A stretch of 64,000 nucleotides of DNA from an uncultured delta proteobacterium (GTDB taxonomy: Bacteria; Desulfobacterota; Binatia; HRBIN30; BPIQ01): NCBI GenBank assembly GCA_963761335.1, contig CAVXGR010000004.1, forward strand, positions 96,001 to 160,000. The letters are read 5' to 3'. A program made the translations under genes and the position numbers. The notes below the pieces were generated by a model. That model was not told the DNA's origin. It searched no databases and saw only the letters and a list, made by a program, of their open reading frames with translations. Below are positions 52,171 to 64,000 of the stretch, one piece after another (the first letter of the stretch is position 1; each line of letters begins with the position of its first letter).

Positions 52171-55046
52171 TCCCCGACGAGAATCGCCACCGGACACGCG
52201 GCAAACACCTCAGCGAGTGCCAGGCTGGAGCCGGCGCCGATCGCGGTGCCGCTCAGGATGTCGCGCGCGCCGGCGATGTCGAAGGGCAGCGGCAGGCGGG
52301 TGTTGCCCCAGACGTCGGCGCCGATCGGCAGCGGCGTCTCGCGTGTGAGCGCCGCGCTGAGGCGGGTGACGGCGGCGATCACGGTCGTGCCCCGATGGCG
52401 GCGCGCCACGGCGACGACGTGGTGTGCTCCTTCGCCGAAAGGGTCGAGCGCCTCATAGCTGCCCTCGTGGAACAGCGGTGCCAGCGCCCGCCGCAGGCGC
52501 AGCGAAGCGGCGGTGATGAACAGCTTGATGCGGCCGTCCTCCCAATGCTCCAGCATCTCGCGCAGCGCCGCCCCGCGTCCGCCGCGGCCTTCTTCGGCCA
52601 GCAGCGACTCGAGATCGCCGAGCATGCGGCGTCGCTCCTGGTAATCCACCGGGCGGCGGTTGTCGGGATCGACCAGCGACAGATCCCAGAGCTCGGTGCC
52701 CTGATAGAAATCCGGAACGCCGGGAGAGACCACCTTCAGCACCAGCTGCGACAGCGAGTTGATCATCCCCAGACGCGCCAGGCGCGCCTGGAAGGGCAGA
52801 AAGGTGCCGAGGAAGCGGCGCGAGGTGGGTCCGGCGAGCACGCGCTCGACGAAACGCGCCAGCGCCGCCTCGTAGGCCTGATTCTCGGTCACCCAGCTGG
52901 TGTGCACCTTGGCTTCCTTCACCGCCTTGCACATATACTGCTGCAGGCGCTCGATCAGCATCCCGTCCGCCGCCGCCGCTCCCGGTGGCCAGGTGCCGAG
53001 CAGCGTCTGATAGAAGAGGTACTCGTCGTTGCGGTCGGGAGCGGGCTCGCCATCCACCTCCGAGCGATGCGCGGCGTTGGTGCGCGCCCAAACCGTCAGC
53101 TGCCGGCCCCACTCGTCGGGGATCTCCGCCAGGGCGTTGAGCCGCGCCCGCACGTCCTCGCCGCGCTTGGTGTCGTGAGTCGCCGAGCCCAGCATGGAGA
53201 GCGGCCAGTCCTGCCGCCGCTGGAGGTTCAGCTCGTGAAAGGCCTGGGGGGTCAGTCCGAAGCGCTGCGGATCGCCACCGACCTCGTTCAGGCTGGCGAG
53301 CATGTTGTAGCGGTAGAAGGCCGTATCCTCGGCCCCCTTGGCCTGCACCGGCCCGGTGTACTGCTGGAACTTCATGGCGCAGTTCAGGCACTGGCGCCGG
53401 CTTTCGGGCGCCTTCGCCTCCAGATCCGGGAGCAGCACGTTGACCGCGAAATCGAAGATCGATCGCTCCATGCTCGGATTGCGCCGCCGGGCGCGGCCGA
53501 CCGCCGTGAGAATGGCCTCGCGGTCGGCATCGGTGAAGCCGTCCGGCGACACGTAGGTCCGGTAGATCGGGAAGCAGGCGACGATCTCGCGCAGCGCCTC
53601 GCGCAAGCTGTTCAGGGTGAAGTCGCGGGTGCGCCGGTCGCTCTCCGAGATGCGGTTGAGGGCGTGCGCCAGCACGTTGAGCTCGCTGGCCATCGAGGTG
53701 TCGGTGATCAGTCGCTTGGTCTCGTAGACCAGCTCGCGGTAGTCGGTGCGCAGGTGCGTGAAGCGGCGATAGATGCGCGCCAGGGAGCGCTGGCTGCGCC
53801 CGTCGATGAAGACGCCGTTCAGCTGATTGAGGAAGTCGTAGCCGCTGGTGCCGGCAACCGGCCAATGCGCCGGCAATACCTCCCCCGGGGAGAGAATCTT
53901 CTCGACGACGACATAGAGCGCCTGGGCCGATTCACCGGCGCTCTGGCGCGACCCGCCGAGCACGGCGGCAATCGCCGTCTGCAAGCGGGTCAGGTACTGC
54001 AGCGGGTCGAACAGGCCGTCGATGTGGTCGAGGCGCAAGCCGGTGATCTTGCCCTCGCCGATGAGGCGCAGCACCAACCCGTGCGTGGCGCGAAACACCT
54101 CGGGATCGTCCATGCGGATGCCGGCCAGCTCGTTGATGTCGAAGAATCGGCGGTAGTTGATCTCGTGGGACGCCGTGCGCCAGTAGGAGAGCCGGTAGGG
54201 TTGCAGCTCCAGAAGCTGGTGCAGCTGATCGAAGCTCTCCGGCGCGCCCGGCCGCCCGTTGAAGGCGAGAACCGCCGCCTCGATGTGAGCGCGCACCGCG
54301 GGCGAGGCCTCCACCAGGCGCCGTAGGCGCTCCTTGGCCACCTCCTTCTCGCGATGGCGTTCCATGACGTGCTCGGGCTCGGTGTCGGTGTAGTGCGGCA
54401 GGTTGCGCAGCCCGGTGGCGATGCTCAGGTACTCGGCCAGATCCGCGTCCGCCTCGCCGAGCTGGGCGCGCAGGCGATCGAGATCGTGCTCGAGGAGGCG
54501 CGGGAACTGCCGCGGATTGATGGGCAGGTCATGATCGAAGTAGCGCAGCGAGAAGGCGCCGCCGTCAAACGCGAGCCGCAGCTCGCCGCGCTCCAGCACG
54601 CGGCCGTACTGGTCGCCGAGAATCGGCAGGAGGATACGCTCCTCGAGCTCGTCCTTGACGGGGCTCCAGTCGATGTCGAAGAAGCGGGCGTGCGGCGAGC
54701 AGCGGCCGTTCTCCAGCACGTCGCGCCACCGCTCGTTGATGCTCGCCTGCACCCCCATGTGGTTCGGCACCCAGTCGAGGATCAGCCCCATGTCGCGGCG
54801 CCGCAGCTCGGCGGTGAGGGCGTCGTAGTCGGCCTCGCTGCCGATCTCGGGGTTGAGCTGATTGTGGTCGCAGATGTCGTAGCCGTGGGCACTGCCCGGG
54901 CGTGCCTTCAGATAGGGAGAGGAGTAGCAGTCGGTGACGCCCAGGGCGGCCAGGTACGGCACCAGCTCGCGCGCCTCGGCGAAAGTGAAGGCGGAGTGGA
55001 ACTGCAGCCGATAGGTGCTCACCGGAACGCGCGGAAGGCCAACCAT
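52152..55046 (-). CDS. treY: Malto-oligosyltrehalose synthase
   Basis: [70 protein letters not shown]. Confidence 0.96.
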   Translation of the reverse strand: MVGLPRVPVSTYRLQFHSAFTFAEARELVPYLAALGVTDCYSSPYLKARPGSAHGYDICDHNQLNPEIGSEADYDALTAELRRRDMGLILDWVPNHMGVQASINERWRDVLENGRCSPHARFFDIDWSPVKDELEERILLPILGDQYGRVLERGELRLAFDGGAFSLRYFDHDLPINPRQFPRLLEHDLDRLRAQLGEADADLAEYLSIATGLRNLPHYTDTEPEHVMERHREKEVAKERLRRLVEASPAVRAHIEAAVLAFNGRPGAPESFDQLHQLLELQPYRLSYWRTASHEINYRRFFDINELAGIRMDDPEVFRATHGLVLRLIGEGKITGLRLDHIDGLFDPLQYLTRLQTAIAAVLGGSRQSAGESAQALYVVVEKILSPGEVLPAHWPVAGTSGYDFLNQLNGVFIDGRSQRSLARIYRRFTHLRTDYRELVYETKRLITDTSMASELNVLAHALNRISESDRRTRDFTLNSLREALREIVACFPIYRTYVSPDGFTDADREAILTAVGRARRRNPSMERSIFDFAVNVLLPDLEAKAPESRRQCLNCAMKFQQYTGPVQAKGAEDTAFYRYNMLASLNEVGGDPQRFGLTPQAFHELNLQRRQDWPLSMLGSATHDTKRGEDVRARLNALAEIPDEWGRQLTVWARTNAAHRSEVDGEPAPDRNDEYLFYQTLLGTWPPGAAAADGMLIERLQQYMCKAVKEAKVHTSWVTENQAYEAALARFVERVLAGPTSRRFLGTFLPFQARLARLGMINSLSQLVLKVVSPGVPDFYQGTELWDLSLVDPDNRRPVDYQERRRMLGDLESLLAEEGRGGRGAALREMLEHWEDGRIKLFITAASLRLRRALAPLFHEGSYEALDPFGEGAHHVVAVARRHRGTTVIAAVTRLSAALTRETPLPIGADVWGNTRLPLPFDIAGARDILSGTAIGAGSSLALAEVFAACPVAILVGEEEEKM

Positions 55047-55106
55047 GCTCGTTCCGAGTCTTGCATCTTTTGCGCCCCAGCCCCAGGAGGGCGGGCTATC
55101 CCCTCG

Positions 55107-55232
55107 TCCCCGGTTCTCATTCCCGGTTCTCATGCCGTCGTTTTCCATTGTTCTGCAGGCCTCATCAGGGCCCGCGGCTGTCAGAGCGAATGGAAGACGA
55201 CGGCATGAGAACCGGGAATGAGAACTGGGAAT
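55107..55232. repeat. Palindromic dispersed element family A, copy 3
   Basis: Same terminal inverted repeats, with the core inverted relative to copies 2 and 4. Confidence 0.88.
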
Positions 55233-55314
55233 GGGAGCCCGCCCCACCACCCCACCACCTTGTGAAGCGGCGCCTGGGAAACGAACGGCGGGATTGATAG
55301 AACTGGAAGCCATC

Positions 55315-56196
55315 ATGCTGAAGCGAATCGACCGGGTTCAGGTGATTACGGCAAACCGCCGGGCGACTGCGGAGAGATATCGGCTCCTGCTCGGGGCCGA
55401 GGTGGTTGGCGCCGATCGCGTGCCGCTGCTCGGCGCGCAGCGCAGTGTGCTGCGCTTGGGCGAGAGCGACGTGGAGCTGCTCGAGCCGGACGGCACCGGT
55501 GCCGCGGCCGACTTCCTGGCGGCCACCGGCGGCGGCCTCTTCGCGGCCGGTGCCAGTGTCGACGACGTCGACGAGGCGCGGCGGCGCTTGCGGCAGAACG
55601 GCGTCGAGGCCAGCGCCGCCGGCGACCAGCTGTTCGTAAGCGACGCCGGGAGCGCGGCCCGCTTGGCCGCCCTCGGTCTGCCGGGCCTGCGCTTGGTCCT
55701 CTCCCCGGAGGCGAAGAGGAGCTCGGCCGGGCTGGTGCGCTTTCTCTACGAGGTCACCTATCTGGTCGAGGCGTTCGCGCCGGCGACCCAGTGCGCCGCC
55801 CGGGTGCTGGGCCTCGACCCGGTGCATTTCGCGCCAATCCGCTCGCCGGAGTTCGGCTACCAGGGGACCTTGGCGCTCTTCGATGCGGAGCGGCTCGACC
55901 GCCTGGAGATCATCGCGCCGGAAGACGCGACCAAGGCCATGGGGCGCTTCTTCGCCCGCCGCGGCCCGAGCCTGTACATGTGCTACGCCGAGGCCGATGA
56001 CCTGCGCCCGATCCGGGAGCGACTGGAAGAGCATGCGCGGCGCGACTGGAGTGGCGCGCCGGCGCCCGCGGCCCTCGACAATCTCTTCCTGCATCCGAAG
56101 GCGCTGGGCGGCATGATGATGGGCGTCAGCCGAGCCAGCTTCGCCTGGATCTGGTCCGGACATCCGGAGCGCGTGCAGCCCGCGTCCAGCAGATGA
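55315..56196 (+). CDS. VOC/glyoxalase superfamily protein (two domains)
   Basis: IDRVQV, VELLEP, RLEIIAP, RFFARRGPSLY, LFLHPKALGG. Confidence 0.8.
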   Translation: MLKRIDRVQVITANRRATAERYRLLLGAEVVGADRVPLLGAQRSVLRLGESDVELLEPDGTGAAADFLAATGGGLFAAGASVDDVDEARRRLRQNGVEASAAGDQLFVSDAGSAARLAALGLPGLRLVLSPEAKRSSAGLVRFLYEVTYLVEAFAPATQCAARVLGLDPVHFAPIRSPEFGYQGTLALFDAERLDRLEIIAPEDATKAMGRFFARRGPSLYMCYAEADDLRPIRERLEEHARRDWSGAPAPAALDNLFLHPKALGGMMMGVSRASFAWIWSGHPERVQPASSR

Positions 56197-56927
56197 GCCC
56201 CTCGACGATCATCACCGACATCGGCGACGGGGTCGCCACCTTCACGCTGAACCGGCCGCAGCGCCGCAATGCCTTCAACGACGAGCTCTACGACGGCCTG
56301 CGCGAGGCGCTGGCGACGGTGCAGCGCGACGACACCGTGCGAGTCGCCGTGGTCACCGGAGCCCCGGGGGCGTTCTCCGCCGGCCAGGACATCTCCGAGA
56401 TGGGCCAGGCGCGTGCCTTTGCCCCCTTCGTCGATCAGCTGGCCGCCTTCGACAAGCCCCTGATCGCGGCGGTGAACGGCGTCGCCGTCGGCATCGGCTT
56501 CACCATGCTGCTGCACTGCGACATCGTCTACGTCGCCGAGGGGGCGCGGCTGCGTGCCCCATTCGTGTCGCTCGGCCTGGTGCCCGAAGCCGGCAGCAGT
56601 CTCTTGCTCGGCCTGATCGTCGGCCCGCAGCGTGCCGCCGAGATCCTCTACACGGATGAGTGGATCGAGGCGCGCGGCGCCGTGGCCCTAGGGCTTGCCG
56701 CCGGCGCCGTCGCCGGAAACGCGCTCATGAAGACGGCGCTTTCGCGGGCGCGGCAGATCGCGGTGCAGCCGCTCCCGGCCCTGCGCAAGACCAAGCAGCT
56801 GCTGCTGGCGGCGCGCGCCGAGGCCTTGCAGGCGGCGCGCCGCCGGGAGGACGCTGACATGGCGGTGCAGCTGGGCTCGCCCGAGAACCTCGCGGCCATC
56901 CAGGCCTTCCGCCGGCGCAAGACGTAG
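56193..56927 (+). CDS. Enoyl-CoA hydratase/isomerase
   Basis: TLNRPQRRNA, AFSAGQD, KPLIAAVNGVAVGIG, LGLVPEAGSS. Confidence 0.93.
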   Translation: MSPSTIITDIGDGVATFTLNRPQRRNAFNDELYDGLREALATVQRDDTVRVAVVTGAPGAFSAGQDISEMGQARAFAPFVDQLAAFDKPLIAAVNGVAVGIGFTMLLHCDIVYVAEGARLRAPFVSLGLVPEAGSSLLLGLIVGPQRAAEILYTDEWIEARGAVALGLAAGAVAGNALMKTALSRARQIAVQPLPALRKTKQLLLAARAEALQAARRREDADMAVQLGSPENLAAIQAFRRRKT

Positions 56928-57017
56928 TCGCGGAATCGACAACGACCGGATATTGATTTATCCATTCGATTTCGGAAGGGCGCCGCTCGGGCGCCCGAGC
57001 GCGGAGGTCAGCTGAAG

Positions 57018-57212
57018 ATGTCCAGCCAGAAGGTCCTGTTCGTGTGCACCGGCAACTCGTGTCGCAGCCAGATGGCGGAAGGTCTGCTGCGCCACATCGC
57101 CGGCGATCGATTCGAGGTGGCCAGCGGCGGCACCGAGGCCGAGCGCATGTCGGTCTTTCGCCGGGTTCGCGATCAGATCGCCGAGCGGGTTCGGAAGTTT
57201 GCGGCGGAGTGA
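57018..57212 (+). pseudogene. arsC: ArsC/LMW-PTP with an in-frame internal deletion
   Basis: [17 protein letters not shown] joined directly to the C-terminal FRRVRDQI. Only 64 aa long. Confidence 0.75.
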
Positions 57213-57343
57213 AGAGAAGAAAATGTAGAATGAAAAACCGGTGACCGGTGATTGAGAACTGGCCAACTGCGGAAGCTCCGAAGGGAATCATTGACCGGTT
57301 CTGCATCACCGGTCACCGGTTTTTCATTCTACATTTTCTTCTC
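57211..57343. repeat. Palindromic dispersed element family B, copy 2
   Basis: GAGAAGAAAATGTAGAATGAAAAACCGGTGACCGGTGAT ... ATCACCGGTCACCGGTTTTTCATTCTACATTTTCTTCTC. Confidence 0.9.
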
Positions 57344-57348
57344 CCCCC

Positions 57349-57942
57349 TCACGGCAGCAGCCCCTTTCGCATGACCTCCCAGAGCGGCGGCCAGTGGCGC
57401 CGTGCGTCGAAGTCGGCGTCGACCATGGCCTGGAGCAGCAGGCCCTCGATGGCGCCGACGAATCCGGCGGCGACGCGGGCGGTGTCGAGCTTGCGCAGCT
57501 GACCGGAGGCGACACCGCGGCGCAGGGCGGCGGCGGTGCGCTTGCGGGCCTCGCGGTAGAGATGGGCGAAGCGCTCGCGCAGGCCGCGGTGCACGAAGAA
57601 ATCGACCCAGGCGCGCAGCAGGGAGTGCTGTCCGCCGAGGGTGCCGACGACGATCTCGCCCTGGAGGCGCAGCAGCTCGAGGGCATCGTCGGTCTCCGCG
57701 GCGACTCGATCCCAGGAGGCGAAGATTTCGCTCTCGAAGGTGTCGAAGAGGGCCAGGAAGACCTCATCCTTGCTGCGGAAGAAGCGGTAGAGGCTTCCCT
57801 TCGAGAGCCCGGAGGCGTGCACCACGTCGTCCATGGTGGTGTTGCCGTAGCCGCGCTCCGAGAAGCAGCGCAGCGCCGCCTCGAGGATCTGCGCGCGGCG
57901 CACGTCGGGAGTCGCGTGCGGAGTTCCTTTGTGCGCCGCCAT
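57349..57942 (-). CDS. TetR/AcrR family regulator
   Basis: ILEAALRCFSERGY..TTMDDV..SGLSKGSLYRFF. Confidence 0.93.
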   Translation of the reverse strand: MAAHKGTPHATPDVRRAQILEAALRCFSERGYGNTTMDDVVHASGLSKGSLYRFFRSKDEVFLALFDTFESEIFASWDRVAAETDDALELLRLQGEIVVGTLGGQHSLLRAWVDFFVHRGLRERFAHLYREARKRTAAALRRGVASGQLRKLDTARVAAGFVGAIEGLLLQAMVDADFDARRHWPPLWEVMRKGLLP

Positions 57943-57957
57943 GCGCCGCGCCCCGGC

Positions 57958-58941
57958 TCAGCCCGCCGCCCGCCGTTCGCCCGCCTCGGCGTCGAGCTGG
58001 TGCAGGACGCGGTCGCGCATCGCGAAGTACGCGGTGATGCCCTTGTCGGCGGGAACCAGGCGGAAGGCATGGCGATCGAAGTCGCGCGGCCGCATGTGAT
58101 CGAAGATGCGCCAGTCCTGCGGCTGCACGACGTGCATCTCGAAGGCGATGGCGACCCAGGAGAGGAACTTTCGCAGCAGCGGCAGGTCCGTGTACCTCTG
58201 GTAGTAGCGCGCCAGGATCCAGGTGTGCTCGTCGTCGACGGCGGTGGCGATGACCAGGAGGAGCAGCTTCGGCGTCAGATGGATGCAGATGAGGTTCGGA
58301 AAGATGACGTCGAGGCGGAAGGGCATGCCGGGCGATTCGGCGGCGCCGCGGCCGTCGTCGCGCCGCAGGTTGCCGCGGGTGTGGATGCGCTCGCCGTCGA
58401 CCTCGACCTCGTACGGATCGAGCAGCGTCCCGACGCCGGGGACGGACCAGCGGTGCACGAAGGGCGTGTGGTGGATGTCGATGTTGGTCTCCATCATTCG
58501 CTCCCAACGGTACGGCAGCTCGTACGAGCGGGTGACGGCGTGCGAGAGGCCGTGGGGCAGCTCGTCGAACCACGGCAGGGGCGGGTACTGGCGCTGCGGC
58601 TCGCCCCACCAGAGCCAGACGAGACCGCGCTCTTCTCGCAGCGGCAGCGAGCGGGTGGCGAGCGCCTCGGAGAGGTGCGCGCCGCGGCCACTGCACGGCG
58701 CCAGGGTGCAGTGGCCGCCGGCGTCGAACTGGAAGCCGTGCCACGGGCAGGCGATGCAGTCGCCGGCGACGCGGCCGCGGCTGAGCGCGGCGCCGCGGTG
58801 GGGGCAGCGATCGGGCATGCACACCGCGGTGCCGTCGGCGCGCCGCCAGAGCACCAGGTCCTCGCCGAGGCGGCGGACGCCGAGCGGCCGGCGCTTCAGG
58901 TGGTGCGATTCGAGGACGGCGTACCAGCGATTGGGAATCAT
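57958..58941 (-). CDS. Rieske non-heme iron oxygenase alpha subunit (VanA-like)
   Basis: CPHRGAALS..CPWHG Rieske motif, ETNIDIHHTPFVH mononuclear Fe site. Confidence 0.93.
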   Translation of the reverse strand: MIPNRWYAVLESHHLKRRPLGVRRLGEDLVLWRRADGTAVCMPDRCPHRGAALSRGRVAGDCIACPWHGFQFDAGGHCTLAPCSGRGAHLSEALATRSLPLREERGLVWLWWGEPQRQYPPLPWFDELPHGLSHAVTRSYELPYRWERMMETNIDIHHTPFVHRWSVPGVGTLLDPYEVEVDGERIHTRGNLRRDDGRGAAESPGMPFRLDVIFPNLICIHLTPKLLLLVIATAVDDEHTWILARYYQRYTDLPLLRKFLSWVAIAFEMHVVQPQDWRIFDHMRPRDFDRHAFRLVPADKGITAYFAMRDRVLHQLDAEAGERRAAG

Positions 58942-58963
58942 CGGCGATGCTCCTTTCAAAAAG

Positions 58964-58977
58964 ACTGACTGGTCAGT
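58964..58977. promoter_or_regulatory. Putative TetR operator
   Basis: Palindrome ACTGAC-TG-GTCAGT in an A/T-rich context just upstream of the Rieske-TetR operon. Confidence 0.55.
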
Positions 58978-59029
58978 TTCTTTCATGATCGAAGCTGCCA
59001 GTCAACCGGGGGCATCAGGCGTCTCCCGC

Positions 59030-59173
59030 ATTTTCGGTTCTCATTCCCGGTTCTCGTTCCGTCGTTTTCCATTTCGCTCTGACAGCCGCGAAGGCCCACA
59101 GCTGAGCCTGTCTCACGCGGCTCGCAGAACAATGGAAAACGACGGAACGAGAACCGGGAATGAGAACCGGGAA
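59030..59173. repeat. Palindromic dispersed element family A, copy 4
   Basis: Same terminal inverted repeats and TTCGCTCTGACAGCCGCG...GCAGAACAA core as copy 2. Confidence 0.88.
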
Positions 59174-59277
59174 CGGCGAAATAGAGTATGAGGGTTCCTT
59201 GATCGTCTCGCCCCGCAGCCGGCCCCCAATCTCGCCATGCCTTGATTCGCCGGGGCGGCTGTTGGATGAGTGCCGCC

Positions 59278-59706
59278 ATGGAGCACGTGGAGGTCAGGCA
59301 GGTGATCGAGGCGCCGGTGGAGGCGGTGTGGAGCCGCTACACGGACCACGTCTCATGGACGCAGTGGGCGGGACTCGGCACCGTACGCCTCGACCGGCAG
59401 GGGACGCCGACCCCGAACGGTGTCGGCAGCGTGCGCGAGATCTCCACGGCGGGCTTCAAGGTGTACGAGGAGGTGATCTCCTTCGAGCCGCCGCGGCGCG
59501 TGACCTACAAGGTCGTGCGCGGCTTGCTGCCGTTCAAGAATCACCTCGGCGAAGTCCTCTTCGAGCCGCACGCGCGCGGCACGCTGGTCACCTGGCGCTG
59601 CCAGTTCGAGTCACGCCTGCCCGGCATGGGCGGCGCCATCCGCATCTTCATCACCCGCCTCTTCCGCAAGGCGCTGGTCGGTCTCTCGCGGCAGTTCCCG
59701 CGTTGA
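59278..59706 (+). CDS. SRPBCC family protein
   Basis: IEAPVEAVW, GVGSVREI, EEVISFEPPRRVTY. Confidence 0.88.
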   Translation: MEHVEVRQVIEAPVEAVWSRYTDHVSWTQWAGLGTVRLDRQGTPTPNGVGSVREISTAGFKVYEEVISFEPPRRVTYKVVRGLLPFKNHLGEVLFEPHARGTLVTWRCQFESRLPGMGGAIRIFITRLFRKALVGLSRQFPR

Positions 59707-59728
59707 GGGGGCCAGCGGCGTCGAAAAC

Positions 59729-60109
59729 CTACTTCTCTCCCAGATCGGCGATGGTCTTCCGGCAGGCCTCCGACAGCTCGAGCTCGTGGTTGCGCAGGCA
59801 TTTCACCAGAGCGGTGCGGCTCAACGGCTCCCCGGTGCAGAGCTTCTTGGCGTCGGCCTCGCAGCCGCTCAGCTGGCCGCGCGCCTCCCGTGGCGCGCCA
59901 CCGAGGCTCTGCCGGCAGGCTTCGGAGAGGTGCTCGTCGTGCGCCCGCAGACAGTCGCGCAGGGGCACGCCCATGGGCACACCGCTGCAGTACGCCTCCA
60001 TGGCGTCGGCGCACGGAGCGCCGAGCTCCGGCGCCGGCTGGGCGCGCAGCGGCGCGCCGATCATCAGCAAGAGCAGCGCCGCCGTCGATACCAGAGCCGT
60101 GCGTGTCAT
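59729..60109 (-). CDS. Secreted cysteine-rich repeat protein
   Basis: Signal peptide and two C..D....C...CL..H...LSEAC repeats. Confidence 0.8.
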   Translation of the reverse strand: MTRTALVSTAALLLLMIGAPLRAQPAPELGAPCADAMEAYCSGVPMGVPLRDCLRAHDEHLSEACRQSLGGAPREARGQLSGCEADAKKLCTGEPLSRTALVKCLRNHELELSEACRKTIADLGEK

Positions 60110-60173
60110 CGCCTCCGATTCTCCCACGCCGCCGCGCCGGAGGGAAGACGCGCCCCAGGGCCGCGGCCCGCTG

Positions 60174-60239
60174 GCGAGGCGAGACGCCTCGTCTACCTCG
60201 TTGGCGCGGCGCCGAGTAGAAGCGGCGTCTCGCCGCTTC
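60174..60239. repeat. Pair of GTAG REPs
   Basis: GCGAGGCGAGACGCCTCGTCTAC and GTAGAAGCGGCGTCTCGCCGCTTC. Confidence 0.8.
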
Positions 60240-60299
60240 GGGTTGCTTGGCACCAGAAGCGGCGCCCCGGCCTTGACGCGCTGGTCGCCTCGTCTCTCT

Positions 60300-63059
<2,760 letters not shown>

Positions 63060-63151
63060 GGCGCTCTCCTCTATTCCTCCCGCGCATCATAGGGAGATGG
63101 CGCGGCAAGTCCAATGGGAGCGCGGCCGGCCCGACCGCCCGAACCGGCAAA

Positions 63152-63218
63152 GGAGAGGAGAATGTAAAATGGAGAACCGGTGACCGGGAATGGAGAACTG
63201 GCTAACGCTCGAAGCTCC
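63152..63218. repeat. Palindromic dispersed element family B, half copy
   Basis: GAGAATGTAAAATGGAGAACCGGTGACCGGGAATGGAGAACTGGCTAAC..GAAGCTCC matches the left arm of copy 2. Confidence 0.7.
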
Positions 63219-63261
63219 CAGGCTGGCGTTCGCGCCGCGATCATCGTAGAAAAACTGGACG

Positions 63262-64000
63262 ATGAGTAGCAGCAGCTCCCCGTCCGCGGCGCGCGACGAC
63301 GCCCCAGTCCCCGACGCCGGCCCGCCCGACAACCTTCCTCTGAGCGAGCTCAGCGGCTGGGGCCGCTATCCGATCGTCGAGGGCTACGAGCGCCGGGGCG
63401 AGGACCTGGAGGCCCTCACCGCGGGCGTGAGCCTGACTCGCGGGCTGGGGCGTTCCTACGGCGACGCCTCGCTCCCGGCCGGTCCCAAGCTGGTCGCCGG
63501 CACTCCTCTCGCCGACCGCCTGCTGGCCTTCGATGCAGAGGCGGGCGTGGTGCGCGCCGAGGCCGGCTTTCCGCTGATGAAGCTCAACCGCATCTTCTTC
63601 TCCCGCGGCTGGTTTACGCCGGTGACCCCGGGTACGCACTACGTCACCGTCGGTGGCATGGTGGCCGCGGACGTGCACGGCAAGAATCACCACGTGCGCG
63701 GCTGCTTCGGCGAGCACGTGCGCGGGCTGCGCATGCGAGTCGCCGACGGCCGCGTCCTCGAATGCGATGACGAGCGCCACCGCGATCTCTTTCGCGCCAC
63801 GCTCGGCGGCATGGGGCTCACCGGCCACATCCTCGAGGTCGAGTTCCAGATGGAGCACATCGCCTCGCCGTGGATCTGGCAGGAGAGCGAGCGCATCGCC
63901 GACTTCGACGGCGTTCTCGAGCGCCTGGAAGAGGCGGGCAAGAGCTGGCCGTACACCGTCTGCTGGGCCGACTTCCTCAGCCGCGGAGCGGGTGCCGGCC
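63262..64000 (+). CDS. FAD-binding oxidoreductase (DprE1-like), runs off the window end
   Basis: Manual translation: LSGWGRYP, RGLGRSYGDA, PVTPGTHYVTVGGMVAADVHGKNHH, ATLGGMGLTG. Confidence 0.9.
   Translation, partial: MSSSSSPSAARDDAPVPDAGPPDNLPLSELSGWGRYPIVEGYERRGEDLEALTAGVSLTRGLGRSYGDASLPAGPKLVAGTPLADRLLAFDAEAGVVRAEAGFPLMKLNRIFFSRGWFTPVTPGTHYVTVGGMVAADVHGKNHHVRGCFGEHVRGLRMRVADGRVLECDDERHRDLFRATLGGMGLTGHILEVEFQMEHIASPWIWQESERIADFDGVLERLEEAGKSWPYTVCWADFLSRGAGAG

Overview
GC-rich bacterial chromosome segment. The gene content resembles a deltaproteobacterial / Ca. Binatia-type genome, but that placement is inference only. The flanks (1-23.3 kb and 36.7-64 kb) are ordinary and intact. They carry coaE, an AurF-like diiron protein, a MacAB-TolC system, a metzincin protease, riboflavin synthase, FKBP, an Omp85 protein, two histidine kinases, VapBC, a phosphoesterase, glgX, treY, a Rieske oxygenase, acnA and a DprE1-like oxidase. 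A tRNA-Leu(CAA) at 23368-23451 has its 3' part repeated at 36532-36581, which delimits a ~13 kb island-like block. That block is indel-rich and contains two long poly-A runs, so its sequence quality is probably low. It holds an IS110 remnant, a glycan cluster with a GT29 sialyltransferase-like gene, an ExeA/AAA_25 mobile-element remnant and a MerB (organomercurial lyase)-like gene. The MerB-like gene is the most interesting feature: both catalytic cysteine positions are in-frame TGA codons, each followed by a SECIS-like hairpin, making it a candidate di-selenocysteine organometal lyase that the ORF track misses. The window also has many non-coding repeats: GTAG-type REPs including a 97-bp tandem array, two families of ~120-145 bp palindromic elements with roughly 7-nt periodicity, and 8-bp tandem repeats.
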